The notes below the pieces were generated by a model. The model searched no databases. It saw only the letters and a program-made list of their open reading frames with translations, and was not told the origin of the DNA. A DNA stretch of 64,000 nucleotides from Eledone cirrhosa (Eukaryota): the NCBI GenBank assembly GCA_964016885.1, contig OZ024741.1, forward strand, positions 56,544,001-56,608,000, written 5' to 3'. The translations under genes were made by a program, and so were the position numbers. Below are positions 31,142-43,029 of this stretch, piece after piece (within the stretch, counting starts at the first letter, position 1; the number at the start of each line of letters is the position of its first letter).

Positions 31142-31911
31142 TATATACATATATACATATATATATACATACACACACATACACATATTCCTAAATACAT
31201 ATAAGCGCACGTACACACAAAAATACGCATACAATCGTACAGCCACTCATACAAATACGTACATACATACACTCATAAATATACACAAATACACACACAC
31301 CTATATACAGTATTAAGATTAAGTACGCTCTACATGCGGAAAGAGCAGATAGGTAAGAAGTACTTACATGACCATAGTGCTGTGTTTCGGGTCGAGAGGG
31401 GGGTAGGGGTAGGGTGGGAAGGAGGTGGGGGGAGGGGGTATTTTGTCGAGTGGGTTTAAAAAAAAAGGGGAATCTTTTTTAGCCATCTGGCATTAACACT
31501 GGCTTAAGGTATTTGAAAGTTGCAAAGTTTTTGTGCGTGCAATTCGGGCAGTGTTCAGAGAGTTTGTTCAGTAGCGGGCCCTTGGCAAATAATATTTCGT
31601 AGCTCTCTGAGATACAAAGGTCGCAGCACTTGTGTCCTCCCTTGTATGAGCGCGCTTTCTGGAGTATTTTCCATTTAAGCGTGAAGGGGGGGGGGGGTTA
31701 GGCCCCCCCCCCATATATATATATAAATATATATATACATATATATATACATATATATCTTTAAATATATATATATATAATAGTAATAATAATAATTGTT
31801 TCTACTTTAGGCACAAGGCCAGCAATTACCCAGTGCATTACTGGTACTTCACTTTATCGACCCCGTAAGGATGAAAGGCAAAGTCAACCTCGGCGGAATA
31901 ATAATAATAAT

Positions 31912-31967
<56 letters not shown>

Positions 31968-31974
31968 ATAATAA

Positions 31975-32824
31975 TAAATTTGAAGACTAAAATCCAAAGA
32001 GGGCTCGATAAGGATAAATATATATCAAATATATAAGAACCGTAGAGCAAATATTTATTAAAATAACAGATTAAAGTTTAAGCAAAGAATCGCTGCTTTC
32101 ACCCTTAACGGGCTCTTCTGAAACTAACAAAGTCAATCTGTGAACGCAGAAGTGAATATTTAAAAAAAAACGGTGCAACCCCAGGAAGACAGGAAGACGA
32201 TACTTTGGTTCGTGGAAACGTTCCCTGGCAAAGAACCTGGGAAAAAACGAATATAATACGTCATTATTTGGAGCGGCGAAAAACAATTACACGCAAAGAC
32301 AAAACGACGTCGTAGACTAATATTCTATTAGGTGGTTCGTAGAGACGTTCTCTGGCAATGAACGGAAAACACGAAGATAATACGTCATATGTGGAGCGTG
32401 GAGAACAATTGCACGCAAAGACAAAACCACGTAAATGGTATAACTGAAGTCGTAGACTAAAATTCTAACTAGGAAACCGAATGGTTCTCGGCTTCAGAGT
32501 TAAGAATAAAGTAAATAAAATACAGAGGCAATTGAAATTAAATAAATACATACACTCATTCATATACGTACATACACAAGCATACGCGAAAACACTCGCC
32601 ATAGGTATACAAATACACGTACATATAAATATGTGTGTGTGTGCGTGTATACAAATAATTAAATAAACGTATATAAATAAATAAATACGTATATAATAAG
32701 TGCAACTCCGGTTGCAACGTTTTTTGAAATATTCACTTCTGAGTTCACAGATTGACTTTGTTAGTCTCAGAAGATCCCGTTAAGGGTGAAAGCAGCGATT
32801 CTTTACTTAAACTTTAATCTGTTA

Positions 32825-32832
<8 letters not shown>
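31975..32832. mobile_element. (TA)n-flanked element with inverted ends; related copy at 35181-35340
   Basis: 32056-32125 is inverted at 32768-32832; HHR-like CAGAAGA/UCCC-GUUAA-GGGU/GAAA at 32768-32791; ~125-bp internal duplication at 32210-32470. Confidence 0.55.
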
Positions 32833-32888
<56 letters not shown>

Positions 32889-32892
<4 letters not shown>

Positions 32893-34431
32893 GATTTAAT
32901 GCTCTGAAATAGCGATATATATGTGAAGACAAACATAGAATATTCGAAAATATTCTGTATGTTTATAATAAACATTTTGAAGACCCAATCGCTACGTTCT
33001 CGATAAAAGCATTGGATATGTAATCCTGATGATTTCTAATAAGAATGAAACGCGTAGATTACTTCCCTTGCTTTTATGGAGAATCTCAAATTGTAATACG
33101 TGACGTATTCTATTCTATAGCGATTGGGTCTTCAAAATGTTTATTATAAACATACAGAATATTTTCGAATATTCTATGTTTGTCTTCACATATATATCGC
33201 TATTACAGAGCATTAAATCCAAATTCTAATTTCTGCCGGACCGGCTACCGCTCTTTCAAACCAGTTCCTGTACACAGCTAAGTATTCTATAAGTCTCTAG
33301 CTGTGTCGTTCTCGATAAAAGCATTGGATATGTAATCCTGATGATTTCTAATAAGAATGAAACGCGTAGATTACTTCCCTTGCTTTTATGGAGAATCTCA
33401 AATTGTAATACGTGACGTATTCTATTCTATAGCGATTGGGTCTTCAAAATGTTTATTATAAACATACAGAATATTTTCGAATATTCTATGTTTGTCTTCA
33501 CATATATATCGCTATTACAGAGCATTAAATCCAAATTCTAATTTCTGCCGGACCGGCTACCGCTCTTTCAAACCAGTTCCTGTACACAGCTAAGTATTCT
33601 ATAAGTCTCTAGCTGTGTCGTTCTCGATAAAAGCATTGGATATGTAATCCTGATGATTTCTAATAAGAATGAAACGCGTAGATTACTTCCCTTGCTTTTA
33701 TGGAGAATCTCAAATTGTAATACGTGACGTATTCTATTCTATAGCGATTGGGTCTTCAAAATGTTTATTATAAACATACAGAATATTTTCGAATATTCTA
33801 TGTTTGTCTTCACATATATATCGCTATTTCAGAGCATTAAATCCAAATTCTAATTTCTGCCGGACCGGCTACCGCTCTTTCAAACCAGTTCCTGTACACA
33901 GCTAAGTATTCTATAAGTCTCTAGCTGTGTCGTTCTCGATAAAAGCATTGGATATGTAATCCTGATGATTTCTAATAAGAATGAAACGCGTAGATTACTT
34001 CCCTTGCTTTTATGGAGAATCTCAAATTGTAATACGTGACGTATTCTATTCTATAGCGATTGGGTCTTCAAAATGTTTATTATAAACATACAGAATATTT
34101 TCGAATATTCTATGTTTGTCTTCACATATATATCGCTATTTCAGAGCATTAAATCCAAATTCTAATTTCTGCCGGACCGGCTACCGCTCTTTCAAACCAG
34201 TTCCTGTACACAGCTAAGTATTCTATAAGTCTCTAGCTGTGTCGTTCTCGATAAAAGCATTGGATATGTAATCCTGATGATTTCTAATAAGAATGAAACG
34301 CGTAGATTACTTCCCTTGCTTTTATGGAGAATCTCAAATTGTAATACGTGACGTATTCTATTCTATAGCGATTGGGTCTTCAAAATGTTTATTATAAACA
34401 TACAGAATATTTTCGAATATTCTATGTTTGT

Positions 34432-34434
<3 letters not shown>
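32889..34434 (+). mobile_element. Tandem array of 312-bp HHR-containing units (4 full + 1 partial) with a 5' inverted segment; retrozyme-like
   Basis: Unit starts at 32996, 33308, 33620, 33932, 34244; HHR GUAAUC/CUGAUGA/UUUCU-AAUA-AGAAU/GAAA/CGCG-UA/GAUUAC at 33020, 33332, 33644, 33956, 34268; 32889-32994 is the reverse complement of 33118-33223. Confidence 0.9.
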
Positions 34435-34468
<34 letters not shown>

Positions 34469-34508
34469 TAAAAAAAAAAAAATAAAGGTGTGACACACGA
34501 GTTGTGAT

Positions 34509-34826
34509 ATATTAGTAAAAAGGAAAAGAAAATGCTGACAAACTTTTCCCAGTGAAAAATAGTTTAATTAGGAATAAGTATAAATTAGTAATAAGTATTG
34601 GTTAGTATTCAGTTTGAGTTTTAAGTTTTTACCGGTTGCGCATTTCTAATGCTTTTCAAAAATAATTTTTAGATTGAGCGCTCGTGATATTTGCTCTAAT
34701 CTGTTAGAGCAGATTAGAGCAAACGTCACGAATACTAACCAAACTTATTACTAATTTTTACTTATTCCTAATTAAACTATTTTTCACTGGGAAAAATTTG
34801 TCAGCATTTTTTTTTACTTTTTACTA

Positions 34827-34830
<4 letters not shown>
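34509..34830. repeat. Imperfect inverted repeat between (TA)n tracts
   Basis: 34509-34610 versus 34730-34830; inner palindrome GCTCTAATCTG...CAGATTAGAGC near 34693-34720. Confidence 0.75.
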
Positions 34831-34896
<66 letters not shown>

Positions 34897-35149
34897 AAAT
34901 TTCGCTCTACATGGCTGAATACAATAAATGTAATCTCAGTTTTTCGAATATTAATAATAACATTCGATTCGTTTGCAATTATACAAACAAGTCTCAATTT
35001 TATAGCCATGTCAGTAGAATGAACCCTTCATTCTTGCTCTTGTGTTGGCATACGAAGAGAACAAATCCAATGTGATGAAAGCCTATAAATAAATATATAT
35101 AAATACATATATATTTAAATATATATATTATATATACCCCCCCCCCCCC

Positions 35150-35182
<33 letters not shown>

Positions 35183-35336
35183 TTATTAAAATAAAAGATT
35201 AAAGTTTAAGCAAAGAATCACTGTTTTCACCCTTAACGGGATCTTCTGAAACGCTCTAGGTTTCTTATATATTTGATACATATTTATCCTTATCGAGCCC
35301 TCTTTGGATTTTAGCCTTCGAATTTGTTTTTATTAC

Positions 35337-35409
<73 letters not shown>

Positions 35410-35682
35410 TGGAATTGGAAACAGCACGAAAAATATATTTAAAGGATCTGTTTTTATTTTTTCCCTCTCTAATTCGTCAAAGTGACATTATTGAAAAAAT
35501 GAGAGGAACAATTTTTTTAAAGAAAAGGAGTTCTATAGTGTATATAAAATATATAAAATATAACCGGTTTCGATGTATCAGTGTAATCCATCTTATCAAA
35601 TGTTGAATATTACAATTAAAAAGAAAAAGACTAAAAATTAGAAATTTTAAATTAAGTGTTGAAGAAGGTCAGTTCATCTTTC

Positions 35683-35773
<91 letters not shown>

Positions 35774-35789
35774 CGCGTGTGTGTTGAAT

Positions 35790-35980
35790 AATGAAAACAA
35801 AAACGAAGTTAAGTGCTTAATTAGTTAATTGTTTTACGATCATTTCAGAAGGCTGATTGGTCACAATAAATCGATGCAGCAAATAATCAATAGTAGTTAT
35901 GTAACTCTATTTTATTACTGTCGTTACTATCATATATATCCATCTCACCGTCTTCGTCAGAAACAATGCACGAGAATTTT
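35790..35980. repeat. Dispersed repeat with an inverted homologue at 57035-57200
   Basis: Shared segments CAGAAGGCTGATTGGTCA and ATCTCACCGTCTTCGTCAGAAACAATG in opposite orientation. Confidence 0.7.
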
Positions 35981-36149
35981 TATTTAGAAGATATATATAG
36001 AGAGGCTGAAATACATTAACTGGATAGCAGGAGAAAGTTTAAATAAAAGATTCCTAACCAAAGATAAAAAATTTACAAGTAAAAAAATAAATGAGAAAAA
36101 GATTTAGAAATTGGATTGTCATGGTACATCATATAGATAATAGAAGTTA

Positions 36150-39100
36150 GTAATCGAAAAGGAACCACATACAAATCGACGTTCTATGAAAAGGACTAAA
36201 CTTTACACCCACTCCTCAAAAAACAAATATACCAGAAATTAAAGATATTTAGGACTTCTGCAAAAAAGTGGAGCAATTTTTCTTAAAAGAAGACAATTAT
36301 GAATCATTATGAAACAAAATTATGAAACAAAAAGCAATATTAACCCCCAAAAGACAGGAATGCAGCCCTTAATAACTGTTGTGATTATATCTCGAATATC
36401 CCAGTTGATAAACTGGAAAAACCACGAAGTCCAAATTTACCAGACAACAATGGAAGAATTTAAACGATCTGAAATATGACGAGAACATTATCATAAAAGA
36501 AATCGACAAAGGAGGCACTGTTGTTATTATGGACCCTAAATATTACACCAACATGGTATAAAGTATGTTATAGGACAATACATACTATAAAGAAACCAAA
36601 GACTACAACGGAGGCACTGTTGTTATTATGGACCCTAAATATTACACCAACATGGTATAAAGTATGTTACAGGACAATAACATACTATGTAGAAACCAAA
36701 GACTACAACGGAGGCACTGTTGTTATTATGGACTCTAAATATTACACCAACATGGTATAAAGTATGTTATAGGACAATAACATACTATGTAGAAACCAAA
36801 GACTACAACGGAGGCACTGTTGTTATTATGGACCCTAAATATTACACCAACATGGTATAAAGTATGTTATAGGACAATAACATACTATGAAGAAACCAAA
36901 GACTACAACGGAGGCACTGTTGTTATTATGGACCCTAAATATTACACCAACATGGTATAAAGTATGTTATAGGACAATACATACTATGTAGAAACCAAAG
37001 ACTACAACGGAGGCACTGTTGTTATTATGGACCCTAAATATTACACTAACATGGTATAAAGTATGTTATAGGACAATACATACTATGTAGAAACCAAAGA
37101 CTACAACGGAGGCACTGTTGTTATTATGGACCCTAAATATTACACCAACATGGTATAAAGTATGTTACAGGACAATAACATACTATGTAGAAACCAAAGA
37201 CTACAACGGAGGCACTGTTGTTATTATGGACCCTAAATATTACACTAACATGGTATAAAGTATGTTATAGGACAATACATACTATGTAGAAACCAAAGAC
37301 TACAACGGAGGCACTGTTGTTATTATGGACCCTAAATATTACACCAACATGGTATAAAGTATGTTACAGGACAATAACATACTATGTAGAAACCAAAGAC
37401 TACAACGGAGGCACTGTTGTTATTATGGACCCTAAATATTACACCAACATGGTATAAAGTATGTTACAGGACAATAACATACTATGTAGAAACCAAAGAC
37501 TACAACGGAGGCACTGTTGTTATTATGGACCCTAAATATTACACCAACATGGTATAAAGTATGTTACAGGACAATACATACTATGTAGAAACCAAAGACT
37601 ACAACGGAGGCACTGTTGTTATTATGAACCCTAAATATTACACCAACATGGTATAAAGTATGTTACAGGACAATAACATACTATGTAGAAACCAAAGACT
37701 ACAACGGAGGCACTGTTGTTATTATGGACCCTAAATATTACACTAACATGGTATAAAGTATGTTACAGGACAATAACATACTATGAAGAAACCAAAGACT
37801 ACAACGGAGGCACTGTTGTTATTATGGACCCTAAATATTACACCAACATGGTATAAAGTATGTTACAGGACAATAACATACTATGTAGAAACCAAAGACT
37901 ACAACGGAGGCACTGTTGTTATTATGGACTCTAAATATTACACCAACATGGTATAAAGTATGTTATAGGACAATAACATACTATGTAGAAACCAAAGACT
38001 ACAACGGAGGCACTGTTGTTATTATGGACCCTAAATATTACACCAACATGGTATAAAGTATGTTATAGGACAATAACATACTATGAAGAAACCAAAGACT
38101 ACAACGGAGGCACTGTTGTTATTATGGACCCTAAATATTACACCAACATGGTATAAAGTATGTTATAGGACAATACATACTATGTAGAAACCAAAGACTA
38201 CAACGGAGGCACTGTTGTTATTATGGACCCTAAATATTACACTAACATGGTATAAAGTATGTTATAGGACAATACATACTATGTAGAAACCAAAGACTAC
38301 AACGGAGGCACTGTTGTTATTATGGACCCTAAATATTACACCAACATGGTATAAAGTATGTTACAGGACAATAACATACTATGTAGAAACCAAAGACTAC
38401 AACGGAGGCACTGTTGTTATTATGGACCCTAAATATTACACTAACATGGTATAAAGTATGTTATAGGACAATACATACTATGTAGAAACCAAAGACTACA
38501 ACGGAGGCACTGTTGTTATTATGGACCCTAAATATTACACCAACATGGTATAAAGTATGTTACAGGACAATAACATACTATGTAGAAACCAAAGACTACA
38601 ACGGAGGCACTGTTGTTATTATGGACCCTAAATATTACACCAACATGGTATAAAGTATGTTACAGGACAATAACATACTATGTAGAAACCAAAGACTACA
38701 ACGGAGGCACTGTTGTTATTATGGACCCTAAATATTACACCAACATGGTATAAAGTATGTTACAGGACAATACATACTATGTAGAAACCAAAGACTACAA
38801 CGGAGGCACTGTTGTTATTATGAACCCTAAATATTACACCAACATGGTATAAAGTATGTTACAGGACAATAACATACTATGTAGAAACCAAAGACTACAA
38901 CGGAGGCACTGTTGTTATTATGGACCCTAAATATTACACTAACATGGTATAAAGTATGTTACAGGACAATAACATACTATGAAGAAACCAAAGACTACAA
39001 CGGAGGCACTGTTGTTATTATGGACCCTAAATATTACACCAACATGGTATAAAGTATGTTACAGGACAATAACATACTATGAAGAAACCAAAGACTACAA

Positions 39101-42070
39101 CGGAGGCACTGTTGTTATTATGGACCCTAAATATTACACCAACGTGGTATAAAGTATGTTACAGGACAATAACATACTATGTAGAAACCAAAGACTACAA
39201 CAGAGGCACTGTTGTTATTATGGACCCCAAATATTACACCAACATGGTATAAAGTATGTTACAGGACAATACATACTATGTAGAAACCAAAGACTACAAC
39301 GGAGGCACTGTTGTTATTATGGACCCTAAATATTACACCAACATGGTATAAAGTATGTTACAGGACAATAACATACTATGTAGAAACCAAAGACTACAAC
39401 GGAGGCACTGTTGTTATTATGGACCCTAAATATTACACCAACATGGTATAAAGTATGTTACAGGACAATAACATACTATGTAGAAACCAAAGACTACAAC
39501 GGAGGCACTGTTGTTATTATGGACCCTAAATATTACACCAACATGGTATAAAGTATGTTATAGGACAATACATACTATGTAGAAACCAAAGACTACAACG
39601 GAGGCACTGTTGTTATTATGGACCCTAAATATTACACTAACATGGTATAAAGTATGTTATAGGACAATACATACTATGTAGAAACCAAAGACTACAACGG
39701 AGGCACTGTTGTTATTATGGACCCTAAATATTACACCAACATGGTATAAAGTATGTTACAGGACAATAACATACTATGTAGAAACCAAAGACTACAACGG
39801 AGGCACTGTTGTTATTATGGACCCTAAATATTACACCAACATGGTATAAAGTATGTTACAGGACAATACATACTATGTAGAAACCAAAGACTACAACGGA
39901 GGCACTGTTGTTATTATGAACCCTAAATATTACACCAACATGGTATAAAGTATGTTATAGGACAATAACATACTATGTAGAAACCAAAGACTACAACGGA
40001 GGCACTGTTGTTATTATGGACCCTAAATATTACACCAACATGGTATAAAGTATGTTACAGGACAATAACATACTATGTAGAAACCAAAGACTACAACGGA
40101 GGCACTGTTGTTATTATGGACCCTAAATATTACACTAACATGGTATAAAGTATGTTACAGGACAATAACATACTATGAAGAAACCAAAGACTACAACGGA
40201 GGCACTGTTGTTATTATGGACCCTAAATATTACACCAACATGGTATAAAGTATGTTACAGGACAATAACATACTATGAAGAAACCAAAGACTACAACGGA
40301 GGCACTGTTGTTATTATGGACCCTAAATATTACACCAACATGGTATAAAGTATGTTACAGGACAATAACATACTATGAAGAAACCAAAGACTACAACTGA
40401 GGCACTGTTGTTATTATGGACCCCAAATATTACACCAACATGGTATAAAGTATGTTACAGGACAATACATACTATGTAGAAACCAAAGACTACAACGGAG
40501 GCACTGTTGTTATTATGGACCCTAAATATTACACCAACATGGTATAAAGTATGTTACAGGACAATAACATACTATGTAGAAACCAAAGACTACAACGGAG
40601 GCACTGTTGTTATTATGGACCCTAAATATTACACCAACATGGTATAAAGTATGTTACAGGACAATACATACTATGTAGAAACCAAAGTCTACAACGGAGG
40701 CACTGTTGATATTATGGACCCTAAATATTACACCAACATGGTATAAAGTATGTTACAGGACAATACATACTATGTAGAAACCAAAGTCTACAACGGAGGC
40801 ACTGTTGTTATTATGGACCCTAAATATTACACCAACATGGTATAAAGTATGTTATAGGACAATAACATACTATGTAGAAACCAAAGACTACAACGGAGGC
40901 ACTGTTGTTATTATGGACCCTAAATATTACACCAACATGGTATAAAGTATGTTATAGGACAATAACATACTATGTAGAAACCAAAGACTACAACGGAGGC
41001 ACTGTTGTTATTATGGACCCTAAATATTACACCAACGTGGTATAAAGTATGTTATAGGACAATAACATACTATGTAGAAACCAAAGACTACAACGGAGGC
41101 ACTGTTGTTATTATGGACCCTAAATATTACACCAACATGGTATAAAGTATGTTACAGGACAATACATACTTTGAAGAAACCAAAGACTACAACTGAGGCA
41201 CTGTTGTTATTATGGACCCTAAATATTACACCAACATGGTATAAAGTATGTTACAGGACAATACATACTTTGAAGAAACCAAAGACTACAACTGAGGCAC
41301 TGTTGTTATTATGGACCCTAAATATTACACCAACATGGTATAAAGTATGTTACAGGACAATACATACTATGAAGAAACCAAAGACTACAACGGAGGCACT
41401 GTTGTTATTATGGACCCTACATATTACACCAACATGGTATAAAGTATGTTACAGGACAATAACATACTATGTAGAAACCAAAGACTACAACGGAGGCACT
41501 GTTGATATTATGGACCCTAAATATTACACCAACATGGTATAAAGTATGTTACAGGACAATAACATACTATGTAGAAACCAAAGACTACAACGGAGGCACT
41601 GTTGATATTATGGACCCTAAATATTACACCAACATGGTATAAAGTATGTTACAGGACAATAACATACTATGTAGAAACCAAAGACTACAACGGAGGCACT
41701 GTTGATATTATGGACCCTAAATATTACACCAACATGGTATAAAGTATGTTACAGGACAATAACATACTATGTAGAAACCAAAGACTACAACGGAGGCACT
41801 GTTGATATTATGGACCCTAAATATTACACCAACATGGTATAAAGTATGTTACAGGACAATACATACTATGTAGAAACCAAAGACTACAACGGAGGCACTA
41901 TTGATATTATGGACCCTAAATATTACACCAACATGGTATAAAGTACGTTACAGGACGATAACATACCATGAAGAAAGCAAAGACTACAAACTCCATAAAG
42001 TGATGAAACAACTCACTGATTTATTATAGCCATACCAAAACTACATAACTGCTAAAAAATTAGACTCACT
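36150..42070 (+). pseudogene. Decayed N-terminal part of a Neptune-like PLE ORF, interrupted by its own tandem amplification
   Basis: KGLNFTPTP near 36191; DLKYDENIIIKEIDKGGTVVIMD near 36466-36535; downstream KLHKVMKQLTDLL*PYQNYITAK; colinear with the PLE ORF at 50720-51189. Confidence 0.75.
36511..41990 (+). repeat. Satellite array, 99-100-bp unit, about 55 copies, with ~1196-bp higher-order periodicity
   Basis: Unit GGAGGCACTGTTGTTATTATGGACCCTAAATATTACACCAACATGGTATAAAGTATGTTAYAGGACAATA(A)CATACTATGWAGAAACCAAAGACTACAAC. Confidence 0.97.
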
Positions 42071-42421
42071 GTACATATACACTCCCATATATACATATAT
42101 AGATATAAAAATATATACATAGACATTCTCGTATACGTATATTTGTACACATATTTCACATAACTGGTAAAGAATTAGACTCACTATACATATACACTCC
42201 CATATATACATATAAAAATATATACATAGACATTCTCGCGTACACATGCTACTCATATTTACACATTTGAAAATAGGTAAAAATTTAAGAATTCAAGAAC
42301 CTTTACAAGAATAGAAATATATTTTATTTAAACATATTCAACTCTATGGACATACATAGAGACATTGTACAGAAGTATCTATACATTATCTAATGGATAT
42401 ATTTCCACGTAGATACTCAGA

Positions 42422-42499
<78 letters not shown>

Positions 42500-43029
42500 C
42501 ATACTCTGTATATATATATATATATACAAATCAACTCATGTTTAAACATATAACTTCCACACACACACACATATATATAATATATATATATGCATATACA
42601 CATACCTACACATGCACATACATATACACACCTCTATATATTCATCAACTCACGTACGTACATAATCCTAATTATAAATAGCTCTAGTTTGGTTAAGATA
42701 GATCTGAATTTTATCAATCTTGTACTATCTCACATAAACATATATACAAATGCAAAGCATCAGCAAAATTGATTAAATTACATTTCCTGATATTCACCCT
42801 TTGTTAGCATATGTTGTATGAAACATGACATATACGTAAATAGGCAGATAGAACATAGACAAAGGAAAAATAATTAAGAGAATTAAAACCTACACACACA
42901 CACACAATCATACACACATATATATATATAGATAAAACTCTACATCTTCGAAATATATATAATGAAATAGTGATGATATAAAGTGCATATCTTTCGTTTA
43001 TTATTACTATTATTGTTCTTCTTATTATT

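Noticed and set aside
36511-41990. CRISPR-like regular array
   Set aside because: Whole ~100-bp units repeat with no unique spacers, there are no cas genes, and the context is eukaryotic; it is a satellite.
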